Counted from the first letter of the stretch, positions 50,600 to 60,218 are shown. The stretch is DNA of 64,000 bases from an uncultured delta proteobacterium (GCA_963850305.1 CAWKKR010000004.1:160001-224000); one strand, 5' to 3'. Made by a program: numbers and translations. Notes: generated from the letters alone by a model not told the origin.

Positions 50600-50999
50600 C
50601 TTTTCGCGCGGGCGACCGCCCCTTCTCGAGCTGCGCTTTGACGCGGTCGCGAAGTTCCTCGGGCGTGAACGGCTTCACGACGTAGCCGTCGGCCCCGAGT
50701 GACAGCGCACGGGCTCGATCGCGCTCCGATGACTGGGTGGAAATCAGCAAGACGGGAGTCGCGCGATGGTGCTCGTTGTTACGGATGAACTGAATCAGCT
50801 CGAGCCCGTTGATGTCGGGCATGTTGATGTCGGTGATGACGAGATCGTACGGGCCGCGGGGCAGCAGCCGGAGCGCATCGAACCCTCCCGACGCTTCGAC
50901 CACATCCATGGAACCGAGCTCGTCCGCGCCCGCCTCCAGCGAGGAACGGACGAAGGAGCGCATCGTGAACGAGTCCTCGACGACGAGAATCTTCGGCAC
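50592..50999 (-). CDS. cheY: CheY-like single-domain response regulator
   Basis: KILVVEDS, LVITDINMPDING, YVVKPF. Confidence 0.9.
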   Translation of the reverse strand: MPKILVVEDSFTMRSFVRSSLEAGADELGSMDVVEASGGFDALRLLPRGPYDLVITDINMPDINGLELIQFIRNNEHHRATPVLLISTQSSERDRARALSLGADGYVVKPFTPEELRDRVKAQLEKGRSPARKDG

Positions 51000-51002
51000 G
51001 GT

Positions 51003-51887
51003 CTAACCCTTGTGCTCCTTCTTCGCGTCGAGCGGTAGGATCTGGCGGGTAACCGGTTGCGCATCGAAAACGGTCATGAGCCAGTTCTCCAGGTCCGCGA
51101 AGATCGGCGCGCCTTCGGCGGAGAGCCCGAAGGCACCGTGCCCCTGGCCATCGTAGGATTTCACCGTGGCGAGATCCTTCGCCATCCGCGATAGCGCGTC
51201 CATCGGGTCGAGCGCGACGTTGTCGCCCTTCGCCGCGGCGAGGAACGATGGAAGCGTTCGAACGTCGGCGAAGGGATGGTACACGTCGAAGCCCTGAATC
51301 GCGGCGCCCGGCGAGACCAGCGCCACCGCGACCACCCGCGCGTCTTCACTCGCTGCCCGAGCCGCGAGTGCAGCGCCGAGCGACGAACCCACGACGACGG
51401 CGCGGGTGGCCTTCGAGCGCTCGAAGCCGTAGTCGAGCGCCGCCAGAACGTCCCCCACGAACGCCGGAGCGTCCTTCTCCTTCATATCCGCCCAGTCGAG
51501 CCGCTTCTTGCCGCTCGCCGACTTCGATTCCCCGTGGCCCCGCAGATCGAAATTGACGATCGTGTATCGGTGCTCCGCAGAGGCGAGAAGGTTTGCCAGT
51601 GGCGCCCATTCTTGCCGGTCGCCGCGGTACCGGTGGACGAACACCAGCACGGGCGCCGTCTCGTCCTTCGCTAGATAAATGGTGCCCGACAGCGGGATCT
51701 TGTCGCGGGTCTCGAACGTGATCGCCTGGGAAGGTGTCGGCGGCTCTTTGGGTTTCTCCGGGGGCGCGGCCGAAGTGGACGCCGAAGCCACGGGCTCGAC
51801 GCCCCTGGTCGCGCCCTTCGGCCCGTGCCGTCCATTGCATGCCAGCGCGGTCAACCCGGCCGCAGCTACAGCGGGAACGAAGCGCAT
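51003..51887 (-). CDS. Alpha/beta hydrolase lipoprotein
   Basis: Lipobox ALAC; FDLRGHGES, VGSSLGA nucleophile elbow, GQGHG. Confidence 0.85.
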   Translation of the reverse strand: MRFVPAVAAAGLTALACNGRHGPKGATRGVEPVASASTSAAPPEKPKEPPTPSQAITFETRDKIPLSGTIYLAKDETAPVLVFVHRYRGDRQEWAPLANLLASAEHRYTIVNFDLRGHGESKSASGKKRLDWADMKEKDAPAFVGDVLAALDYGFERSKATRAVVVGSSLGAALAARAASEDARVVAVALVSPGAAIQGFDVYHPFADVRTLPSFLAAAKGDNVALDPMDALSRMAKDLATVKSYDGQGHGAFGLSAEGAPIFADLENWLMTVFDAQPVTRQILPLDAKKEHKG

Positions 51888-51944
51888 TGATCCATCCTAC
51901 CAGGAAGGACGAGCGCGGGGGATTCTCGCTGCTTCGAGTGTGCT

Positions 51945-53717
51945 TCAGCCGCCGAGCGCGGCCAGGGCGAGTCCGGGCACCTTCAACCAGCTCGGCTCTG
52001 CCTCGAACGCGACGAGGCGCCGGCCGAGGGTGTGCAGCGTCTTGTGCCCGGGGAAATACACGTGTTTCGGCTTCGGCTTCAGCGGCGCTCGCACGACGCA
52101 CTTCTCTATGTCCTCCAGCATGACCGTGTTGTGCACCCACCCGAGACCGCTCTGGATGTCGGAGAGAGTCGCACTCGGGTGTCCGCCCCACGGGGTCGAG
52201 CACAGCGCGTAAGCCAGCGCCGGCCACACGTTCACGGCGACGGTTCCATAACGAAGATCGCGAATGGCACCCTCGATGGCGGGGTTCGTTCCCGAGTCCG
52301 CCTGAAGCGTAGGGTGAACGAACAGCATCGCGCTCAGCGTGCCCCAGAGGCGATCGTTTGCGAAGGGCACCGCCGCCTCGATGAATGCGAGGGGGTCCAT
52401 GCTCCCGATCGCGACTTCACTCAGGATCGAGCAGAACGGTTCGTTGGTGAAGTTCTTCTCCTGCCGGTCCTCCGGATCCAGTCCGAGAACGAGTGTCCAC
52501 GGCAGCGTTTGGCTCGTCACTTGCCCGATCTTGCGGACGTCAGCGTGGCCGTCGGTCAGTGCCTCGAACCGCTGGAACGCTCCCGGGTAATAGGCCTTCC
52601 GGGGCGGCACGTGCGCCAATATTTCACTCAGCTTTCGAACGAAGAGCTCGCGCCTGTCCCAACCTTTCGGCACGACGAGCATCTTCGCTGCGTTGCAATT
52701 GAAAGAGCCGTTGTTGCAGACCATGCCCGCGACGTTGGCGGCCATGCTCCCGATCTCGTCGTCCGTGTACGGCCCGGGTAGGACGAGCACCGGGCTCACG
52801 TTGCCGAGCTCGCTGGTGATCGGCTTTTTGAGCAGGGGATCGTTTCTGCGCTTGCGATCCTCGCGCTCCGGACCCGGCGGCCCCCAGACGATGACGTCGT
52901 GAGTCTTGTCGGAACCGGTGATGTGCAGGTCATCCACGAGCTCGTGATGCGCTAGGTACGCGCCCACTTCCGCGCCGCCATACACGACCGCGAGATACCC
53001 CTTGTCGATGAGCGGCTTGAACGCCCGTTCGATGAACGGCCCGAGGTATTCGTTCACCGGGTTCATCTTGAGGATGCAGACGTTTCCGTCGACGAACATC
53101 TTGTAGAGGACGTCCATCGGCGGAATCGACGCGACGTTGCCTGCGCCGAGCACGAGCGACACCCCGCCTTCGGGATCCTTCTTCTTGTAGAAGGATGCCT
53201 GGTGCGACGAAATGTCGGTGCGCCGGATTCCCGTGGCGAGCCACGTCTCCGCTACGATCCCACCGTAGAGCGCGGCATCGTAGCCGTCGTAGGGCGTCAC
53301 CTTGACGGACACGGCACCGTGCGGCAAATCGGCGACGCGCTTGTCTTCGATGACTGGCACGCCGCGCTGCCGGATCTCTCCGAGCGACCGGATCAGGAAG
53401 CGAATGTTCCGCAGCGTGAGCCCTGGGCCCGCGATCCATTCCTCGCCGGCGACCGGTGCATCCGCGGGGATCCCTTTCGCCGTGCACGCTGCATGTACCC
53501 AGTCCGAAGCGGCGTCACGCGTCCGACGACCGATATCGTGCAACAGGTCGAGCTTCTGCCCGACGCTCAGCCGGGCGAACTCCCGGGCGTGTTCGCGGAG
53601 GCCGCGCAACTTACGGTCGAGGTCTTGCTCGGCGGTCGGCGGCGTCGGGTCGAATCCGGGTGCAACCAGAGGACCCGCCGATGGCCCGAGAGCTTCGAGA
53701 GACGCAGGAGCTACCAT
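51945..53717 (-). CDS. Aldehyde dehydrogenase family protein
   Basis: LVLGAGN, LKMNPVN, HITGS, SELGNVSP, catalytic FNCNA, EPFC, RYGTVAVN. Confidence 0.85.
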   Translation of the reverse strand: MVAPASLEALGPSAGPLVAPGFDPTPPTAEQDLDRKLRGLREHAREFARLSVGQKLDLLHDIGRRTRDAASDWVHAACTAKGIPADAPVAGEEWIAGPGLTLRNIRFLIRSLGEIRQRGVPVIEDKRVADLPHGAVSVKVTPYDGYDAALYGGIVAETWLATGIRRTDISSHQASFYKKKDPEGGVSLVLGAGNVASIPPMDVLYKMFVDGNVCILKMNPVNEYLGPFIERAFKPLIDKGYLAVVYGGAEVGAYLAHHELVDDLHITGSDKTHDVIVWGPPGPEREDRKRRNDPLLKKPITSELGNVSPVLVLPGPYTDDEIGSMAANVAGMVCNNGSFNCNAAKMLVVPKGWDRRELFVRKLSEILAHVPPRKAYYPGAFQRFEALTDGHADVRKIGQVTSQTLPWTLVLGLDPEDRQEKNFTNEPFCSILSEVAIGSMDPLAFIEAAVPFANDRLWGTLSAMLFVHPTLQADSGTNPAIEGAIRDLRYGTVAVNVWPALAYALCSTPWGGHPSATLSDIQSGLGWVHNTVMLEDIEKCVVRAPLKPKPKHVYFPGHKTLHTLGRRLVAFEAEPSWLKVPGLALAALGG

Positions 53718-53764
53718 GGGAGCTTCATAGCGCGGGGGCGTACGGACGGCTACGCTCGGCCGCC

Positions 53765-54616
53765 GTGACAGCCCTCGCGCCCGTTTCCAGAGAAATTCCA
53801 CCCATTGCGTGGGTGGCTGGCTTCGCGATCATCGGCATCGCGGCAGCGGCGTACCCGCCCGCGTCCGTGCCGGCGGTCGTGCTGACTCTCATCGGGGCGC
53901 TCAGCTTTCCGTCGGATGCCCCACGGCGTGCACGCCTCCTCGCACGCGCCGCCACGGTGCTGGCCGCACTCGGCGCGCTCGTCGGGCTCTGCCGGTTCGC
54001 GATGTCGAAGGCGATGCTCGGCATCGTCGAGAGTGGAGAGAGTGCGGCCGCATTCAGCGCGCTCTGGCGCTTGCGCGATGTAGTCACCGCGGAAGACGAC
54101 GTCCGCCGCGCCGCGCCCTGGGATCCGGACGGCGATCACGTCGGATCTGCGTCGCTCATTCTCGGGCTCATCGGCAAGGAGCCCGTGCGCGGAAGCACCC
54201 GGCTCGAAACGCCACTCCTCAACTACGCGTTCCGCACGTCCGTCGAGACGTCCATCGGCCCCGCCGTGAAGGTCGAAGGCTATCTGTTCATCGTCTGTCT
54301 TCCGACGCCCGCCGGCGGCTGGACGGCCCGCCCGGACGACCCCGTCGATGACGAACTCGCCGAGCGCCGCTACATCGCATACGCGTGGCCCACGCGAGCC
54401 GCGACGGGGATGAACACCATCTTCTTCGCCGACGAGCACGAGCGCCTGCTCATCCTCGATTCGCCCCGCGGCGCGCCCGCACCGTACCTCGACACGGAAC
54501 ATCCGCCGGCCTGCGACGCCGCGCTCGGGGGCGATGGCGCGCCATGGAAGCCGTGGAAGAACAAACAGCCGAGGAAGACGCTACCCGGCGACCGCGACGC
54601 GACCGGCAAGGGATAG
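53765..54616 (+). CDS. Membrane-anchored protein with pilin/DUF2950-like C-terminal domain
   Basis: Three hydrophobic segments, then DPDGD..G, GYLFIVCLP, AERRYIAYAWP, TG...FF.D. TACGCT -10 box 8 nt before the GTG. Confidence 0.6.
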   Translation: MTALAPVSREIPPIAWVAGFAIIGIAAAAYPPASVPAVVLTLIGALSFPSDAPRRARLLARAATVLAALGALVGLCRFAMSKAMLGIVESGESAAAFSALWRLRDVVTAEDDVRRAAPWDPDGDHVGSASLILGLIGKEPVRGSTRLETPLLNYAFRTSVETSIGPAVKVEGYLFIVCLPTPAGGWTARPDDPVDDELAERRYIAYAWPTRAATGMNTIFFADEHERLLILDSPRGAPAPYLDTEHPPACDAALGGDGAPWKPWKNKQPRKTLPGDRDATGKG

Positions 54617-54678
54617 CCGCTCCGCGCGCGACCGCGAATCGCGCGGTGCGCCTCGCTTCCGGAGTTAGCATTCCCTTC

Positions 54679-54939
54679 GTGACACACGCAACGCGGCAGC
54701 CGTTCACGTACGAGGACCACCGGCTCTTGCCGGAAGACGGCAAGCGCTACGAGCTCACTGAGGGGGCTCTCTTCGTGTCGCCTTCACCGAATACCGGCCA
54801 TCAAACCGTTTCGCCGCGGCTCCAGTTCGAATTGATGAAACAGCTCGAACACGCGGTCTCGCGTTCGTCTTCAACGCTCACCTGTCCGGCGTTTCCGGAA
54901 CTGTCGATCCCACTCCAGCCGCTGTTCCGCCCGCTCTGA
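54679..54939 (+). pseudogene. Uma2 (DUF820) endonuclease with internal deletion
   Basis: FTYEDHRLLPEDGKRYELTEGALFVSPSPNTGHQ joined almost directly to the C-terminal LTCPAFPELSIPLQPLF; the PD...EILSP...EYWIVD core is missing (86 aa). Confidence 0.8.
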
Positions 54940-54950
54940 CGCTACCCGCG

Positions 54951-56183
54951 TTACTGCGCCGCGACGTCCAGCTTGCCATAGATGCCGTGCGCCTCGCCGC
55001 CGGGACCGGCGGTGAAAAACACCGAGCTGCTGTAATCGGCGGTCGCGGTCTTCGGACCCACGACGAGAGCCCAGAGCCCGGCGATGGAGAGCGCCCCCTT
55101 GTCATCCGAGAGTGAACCGCGGGGCGCGCCCGTCGTCGCATCGTAGGCGTTGATCGCACCGTTTCCGAAGTTGCCGACGAGCAACGTGCCGGCGAGGGCG
55201 CCGAAGCTCGCCGGCGCGATCTGGAGTGCCCACGGCGAGTTGAGAACACCCTGAGAGACGAGGCGGCTCACGAACGCGCCGTCGGTATCGAAGACGCTGA
55301 CGTACCCGTTACCTGCACCGGCTTGATCGTCGCCGTCGCCGTTTTGTTTGGCATAGGCCACGTAAACCTTGCCGTTGAGCGAGGCGACGTTGAAGGGCGC
55401 AAAATCACCCGGGATGGCTGGGATCCCTGAATCCACGAACCCGGGACTCGCGACGGGCGCATAGGTGCCGTCGAACGCGTCCACCTTTCCGGTTTCGAAA
55501 TTCGTCGCAAGGAGCTCGGCTTTGGTTCCGTTCTCGATGAGCGCCAATCCCTTGTATTCCGATGTGGCCGACGCATCGACGCGCCGGACGAAGGCCGTGC
55601 CACTTTGCCAGCCGGAGATCGTTCCATCTTCGGTATCCACGATGAACTTGTCGCCCATGAAGTCCGCAGCCGTGCCGTTGTAAACCTGACCCGAGGGTGA
55701 AGCCATGAACCCGCCGTCCTGGTCCGCCGGCCCCGGCACCTTCACGTTGAGCACCGACGCGCCACCCGTCGGCGAATACACGGTGGCGAGGCCGGAATGG
55801 TTGTCCGACACCCAGAAAAATCCGGCAGTAGGATTCGCGATCAGGCCCCACGGATTCAACAAGTCGTGATCGACGGTGGGCGCGATATCCGCCTGGTCGG
55901 CAACGAGGTTCGTCTGCGTCACGACGAGCGTCACCGGCTTTGCGCCGCCGTCGGTGCCCCCGGCATTCGATCCCCCGGTATCCGTGGCGCCGCCCGAGGA
56001 CGAGCCCCCTGCACTCGATCCGCCGGTACCCGTCGCACCGCCTGACTCCGATGCGGTACCTCCGGGACCCGCATCGGTCCCGCCCTTCTTCGAGCTGCTA
56101 CTGCCGCACGCCGCCATCGCGACCGCGCAAAGCGTCGCTCCGAACACAGTCGCCCCACGTTCCATGTTGCTCATGAAAGTCAT
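54951..56183 (-). CDS. TIGR03118 family lipoprotein
   Basis: Lipobox MAAC; QTNLVAD, LLNPWGL, WVSDN, EDGTISGW, YKGLA, APFNV, LNSPW, LLVGNFGNG.INAYD, GLWAL, FFTAG; strong SD GGAGGAG. Confidence 0.88.
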   Translation of the reverse strand: MTFMSNMERGATVFGATLCAVAMAACGSSSSKKGGTDAGPGGTASESGGATGTGGSSAGGSSSGGATDTGGSNAGGTDGGAKPVTLVVTQTNLVADQADIAPTVDHDLLNPWGLIANPTAGFFWVSDNHSGLATVYSPTGGASVLNVKVPGPADQDGGFMASPSGQVYNGTAADFMGDKFIVDTEDGTISGWQSGTAFVRRVDASATSEYKGLALIENGTKAELLATNFETGKVDAFDGTYAPVASPGFVDSGIPAIPGDFAPFNVASLNGKVYVAYAKQNGDGDDQAGAGNGYVSVFDTDGAFVSRLVSQGVLNSPWALQIAPASFGALAGTLLVGNFGNGAINAYDATTGAPRGSLSDDKGALSIAGLWALVVGPKTATADYSSSVFFTAGPGGEAHGIYGKLDVAAQ

Positions 56184-56331
56184 AGCCCTCCTCCTTCCGG
56201 TGAAACCGCACCCAACCGCGCCGTCGCTCGGCCCTCGGCGGTCGTGACCCGATGTAAGTGCCTCGTGGCCCCTCGTGTAGTGAGCGCGCTCGAACTCGGT
56301 TACAAAAAATCCTCGGGTCGGGTGCGCAAGA

Positions 56332-56619
56332 TCACGTACTTCTTCCGGGCCCGTCTCCTGGCCTGGGTGAGCACGCGACGGAGTGGAGACGAGAGTTGGA
56401 CGCAGGAGTCCGCGTGGCGCGGGGGTCGGGCTCGTGCGGCGGTCTTCCCGAACGTTGGAGCACCCCGTAATAGCGAACCTGCCGCGCTTCAGGGTGCGAT
56501 GCGAAGATCTTCACGGCGCTCTCTTCGAGGGTGAGGCCGACCTCCGTGTCCGGCAATAGCCTGAGCTTTTCGCGAAACTTGACCGGAATGGTGACCTGGC
56601 CCTTGGATGTGACGTGTGT
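56332..56619 (-). pseudogene. AbrB/MazE/SpoVT antitoxin-like remnant lacking a start codon
   Basis: 56619-56503 reads THVTSKGQVTIPVKFREKLRLLPDTEVGLTLEESAVKIF. In-frame TAG 8 codons upstream and no start codon; no toxin gene follows. Confidence 0.72.
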
Positions 56620-56693
56620 TCGGATTCGAGGTCCTCGGGCCTAGCGTACGATTTCGCGCGAGCGATCACCCCCCATCGGCAACTACCCAGGGC

Positions 56694-57752
56694 ATGAACT
56701 CGAGACCACGCGATCTCCGTCACGATCTGGGGGGTCACACCGCAGCGTTGCTCCTCACCGGACTCGGTCTTCTGTCGGGCTGCGGGGACGCGAGCGTGCG
56801 CGCGACGTCTTCCGCGAGCGGCGGCGGCACGTCGAGCGGGGGCGTGTCCGGCGGCGCCGCGGCGAACGGAGGTGGTGCGGCGGGAACGGTCACGGGTAGC
56901 ACCGCAACGGGCGGCGCCGCGACCGGGGGCTATCCCAGCGAAGCAGGGGGGACGGCAGCAGGTGGGAACTTGGAGTCGGCCGGCGGCGACGGTGCGGGGG
57001 GAACCACTGCTGCGGGGGGAACCACTGCTGCGGGGGGAACCACTGCTGCGGGGGGAGCGAACGGCGCTGGTGGTGCGACCATCGTGTCGCAGACCTGCAC
57101 CAATCCCACTCACGTGCTGCCATTGAATCGCTCGAACGCTCAGGACGGCATCACGCTCAACGGCTTCTACGTGGACACGGACACGTGGAACGCGGCGAAC
57201 TACCCTGTGACCCAGACCATGTACGTCTGCGACTACGACAACTGGTACGTGGTCGCCAACATGAACGACGACACCGGCGACGGGGCCGTGAAGACATACC
57301 CGAACGTGCACAAGGATTTCGACAACGCTCCCGCCATCAGTTCATTCACCATCATCTCGAGCAGCTTCGCCCACACCGCGCCGCACGTCGGCATCTACGA
57401 GTACGCCTACGACATGTGGCTGAACGGCGTCGCCAGCAACGGCTCAACCGAGGTGATGATCTGGACCGACAACTACAACCAGGTTCCGTCGGGCTCGGTG
57501 CTCGAGACCGTGACCTTCGATGGTCAAAGCTACAAGGTTTACAAGAGCGGCAGCTACATCGCATTTGTGGAAACAACCAACGTGACCTCTGGGACGGTCA
57601 ACCTCTTATCCTTCTTCAACCACGTCATCGCGAAGGGCTGGATCCCCTCCACCTCCACGATCGGCGCCATCGACTACGGCGTCGAGTTGGTATCGACCGG
57701 CGGCGCCGACGCAACGTTCCAGGTCAACGACTTTTCGTTGACCGCCAATTGA
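56694..57752 (+). CDS. Glycoside hydrolase family 12 (endoglucanase-like) lipoprotein
   Basis: Lipobox LSGC, G/A/T linker, VKTYPN, AYDMWLN, TEVMIW (nucleophile), YGVEL (acid/base). Confidence 0.85.
   Translation: MNSRPRDLRHDLGGHTAALLLTGLGLLSGCGDASVRATSSASGGGTSSGGVSGGAAANGGGAAGTVTGSTATGGAATGGYPSEAGGTAAGGNLESAGGDGAGGTTAAGGTTAAGGTTAAGGANGAGGATIVSQTCTNPTHVLPLNRSNAQDGITLNGFYVDTDTWNAANYPVTQTMYVCDYDNWYVVANMNDDTGDGAVKTYPNVHKDFDNAPAISSFTIISSSFAHTAPHVGIYEYAYDMWLNGVASNGSTEVMIWTDNYNQVPSGSVLETVTFDGQSYKVYKSGSYIAFVETTNVTSGTVNLLSFFNHVIAKGWIPSTSTIGAIDYGVELVSTGGADATFQVNDFSLTAN
56993..57056 (+). repeat. 18-bp tandem repeat (3.5 copies) in the GH12 linker
   Basis: TGCGGGGGGAACCACTGC repeated perfectly; encodes AGGTTA. 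Confidence 0.9.
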
Positions 57753-57885
57753 TGACGCCGCGCAAACGGCCGCGAGATGACGACGGCGTCCGGAGCCGTC
57801 AGCGCCGAGCAAGGCTTCTCCTGCTCTTCCTGCCCCCGCTCTCGCCGCGGTTCGCGCCGTGATCGTGGCCGGCTATACTCGCCAC

Positions 57886-58245
57886 GTGCCCATCAAAAGT
57901 CGTCTTGCGGATCTACGCGCCCGCGTCGGGAAGAAGCTCGGAGAAGCGCAGACCGCGGCGCTCACGCGGAGCCCGGGCTACGTGCCGGCAAAGCCGGGCG
58001 AAGAGCCCCCAGTCGTGGCAAGACTGATGGTCGAAATTCGCTCCGACGGCTCGCAGACGATCGCTCGCGGCGCAATGGAAGACATCGCGAGCGGCGAGCG
58101 TGTCGCCGTCGAAGCGCGCGGCACCACACCGATGCAGCTCGCGGCTTCCCTCGCCCGCACGATCTTCGCGACTCCGCTGCTCGCAAAGACGGCCGTCCGC
58201 GCCGTGCTCGAGAGCAAACGGGCGCGCAGATCCCGCGAGGAGTGA
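57886..58245 (+). CDS. Hypothetical protein
   Basis: GTG 6 nt after TATACT; good GC3 pattern; EEPPVVARLMVEIRSDGSQTIARGAMED; 8 nt upstream of dusB. Confidence 0.7.
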   Translation: MPIKSRLADLRARVGKKLGEAQTAALTRSPGYVPAKPGEEPPVVARLMVEIRSDGSQTIARGAMEDIASGERVAVEARGTTPMQLAASLARTIFATPLLAKTAVRAVLESKRARRSREE

Positions 58246-58253
58246 CCTCGGGA

Positions 58254-59426
58254 ATGGACCCCGTCTACAAGAGCGGCCTGAATCGCGACGTTCCCGCCGC
58301 ACGACCCGGTGAGTTCGCCGCGCTCGCGATTGGACCGCTCCGCGTCTGGCCGCCGGTCGTGCTCGCGCCGATGGCGGGCGTGACGAATTATCCTTTTCGC
58401 CTCATCTGCAGGCGCTTCGGCGCCGGACTCTACGTGAGCGAAATGATCACCGCGCGACCGCTCGTCGAGGGGCGCGACAAGACGTTGCGGCTCGCGGACT
58501 TCGGTCCAGAGGAGTCGCCGCGGAGCCTTCAGCTCTACGGGGTCGATCCGTATTATGTCGGTGAGGCCGTGAAACGGCTCGTCTCCGAGGGGCGGGTGGA
58601 TCACGTCGATATGAATTTCGGATGTCCGGTGCGCAAGGTGACGCGGAAGGGCGGCGGCGCTGCGATCCCGGTGAAGCCGCGGCTCCTCGGTAACATCGTC
58701 CGCGCGGCGGTCGCGAACGCCGGAGCAGTGCCCGTGACGATCAAGTTCCGGCTCGGCATCGACGACGACTTGCTCACGTTCGCCGCGGCGGGACGCGTCG
58801 GACAGGAGGAGGGCTGCGCCGCCGTGAGCCTGCACGCGCGGACCGCGGCGCAGCTCTACGACGGCGAGGCCCGCTGGGCGCACATCGGCGAACTGAAGAG
58901 CGTGCTTCGCATCCCCGTGCTCGGCAACGGCGACATCTGGGAAGCCGGCGACGCGCTCCGGATGATGCGCGAAACCGGCTGCGACGGGGTCGTCGTCGGA
59001 CGCGGGTGTCTGGGTCGTCCGTGGCTCTTCCGCGATCTGGCCGACGTCTTCGACGGTCGCGAACCCGAAGATCCGCCGGAACTCGGCGCCGTCACGGACG
59101 TCATGCTCGAACACGCGACGCTACTGTCCGAGTGGTGCGGCGAGAACCGGGCGCTGCGCGCGTTCCGTCGCCACGCGACCTGGTACACGAAAGGCTTTCG
59201 GCGGAGCGCGCAGCTTCGGGCGGACATCATGCAGGTAATGTCGCTCGCCGACCTGAGGCGAATCGTCGCGGATGTGGATCGCTCGGAGCGGTTCCCACCT
59301 TCTGCGATGCGAGTGCCGCGCGGCAAGAGCTCGGGCACCCAGGACGTCAGTTTGCCCCACGGCTATCTGGATGATCTCGAAGACGCGACGCCGCCTGTCG
59401 AGGAGAGTCACGTCGAAGGGGGGTGA
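58254..59426 (+). CDS. dusB: tRNA-dihydrouridine synthase
   Basis: VVLAPMAGVT, YVSEM, LQLYG, DMNFGCPV, VTIKFRLG, LHART, NGDI, GVVVGRG.LGRPWLF. Confidence 0.93.
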   Translation: MDPVYKSGLNRDVPAARPGEFAALAIGPLRVWPPVVLAPMAGVTNYPFRLICRRFGAGLYVSEMITARPLVEGRDKTLRLADFGPEESPRSLQLYGVDPYYVGEAVKRLVSEGRVDHVDMNFGCPVRKVTRKGGGAAIPVKPRLLGNIVRAAVANAGAVPVTIKFRLGIDDDLLTFAAAGRVGQEEGCAAVSLHARTAAQLYDGEARWAHIGELKSVLRIPVLGNGDIWEAGDALRMMRETGCDGVVVGRGCLGRPWLFRDLADVFDGREPEDPPELGAVTDVMLEHATLLSEWCGENRALRAFRRHATWYTKGFRRSAQLRADIMQVMSLADLRRIVADVDRSERFPPSAMRVPRGKSSGTQDVSLPHGYLDDLEDATPPVEESHVEGG

Positions 59427-59710
59427 CTGAACCCCGTTTCTTCGGCTCGCCGGCGCGGCTGCACTTCGCGGCACGCCGCCGGCGGTGGCCTCTTGCCGTC
59501 GCGAGTCTGAAGCCGCGCCTCGTCCCCGCGGTGCGACCCCAAAGACCGAGCACCTCGATCGGGGGGAGAAGATGGGTGTCTATGCTCGCCTTCGGGCGGC
59601 CGAGCTCGATGCCCTGAAGCGTCGCTGACGACCAGGAGCAACGCGTCGCTCGGCCCGGGGCGAAATCAACGGGAGTCTGGAAAGGCTTGGGCTCATGCGT
59701 GAGCGCGCTG

Positions 59711-60076
59711 TCACTCTCGCCCGGTCCCCCGGAGCCGCTCCAGGGCTCGCCGGTCCGCCTTCGTCGGCCGACCGGCACCGCGCTCCCGCCGCGGCATGGC
59801 TTCTCCTCGGGGCGGCGGCGGCGGCGAATGATCTTCGTAGAGGGCGCGGGCGAGCGGCGGCGAGAGTCGCTTGTCGGCGAGAGCCAGGATTCGAACGGCG
59901 ATCGCGCCTCGCGGCGCCGTGGCGCGCACCTCGTCCCCGGCGCAAAGCAGGTAGCTCGGCTTGACAGTCTCGCCGTTCACTTTGACGTGGCCGCCGGCGC
60001 ACGCGTCGCGGGCGGCAGTGCGAGACTTGAAGAGACGCGCAGCGCAGAGCCACTGATCGACGCGGACCGGAGCCAC
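59711..60076 (-). CDS. hslR: RNA-binding S4 domain heat shock protein Hsp15
   Basis: VRVDQWLCAARLFKSRT.A..AC.GG.V.VNG, LYED, GRPTKADRR. Confidence 0.9.
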   Translation of the reverse strand: MAPVRVDQWLCAARLFKSRTAARDACAGGHVKVNGETVKPSYLLCAGDEVRATAPRGAIAVRILALADKRLSPPLARALYEDHSPPPPPRGEAMPRRERGAGRPTKADRRALERLRGTGRE

Positions 60077-60218
60077 CTTCTCGCGAGAAGATACGGTGAG
60101 ATCGGCGATTCGCGGCAAAGTTTCACGCAGGCGGTCGACGCGTCACAGCTGGACGCTCCGAGCTCGGTTTCCGCTGGTCGATCCCGTCCCTGGAGGTCAG
60201 TATCCACAATAGACGCGC

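Noticed and set aside
52580..52592. Further copy of the DUF2239 operator-like sequence (TCCCGGGTAA)
   Set aside because: Lies inside the aldehyde dehydrogenase coding sequence (YYPG codons) and matches only partially; likely coincidental.
59427..59710. Small gene or ncRNA between dusB and hslR
   Set aside because: No frame gives a recognisable protein and no convincing structured-RNA or tRNA signature was seen.
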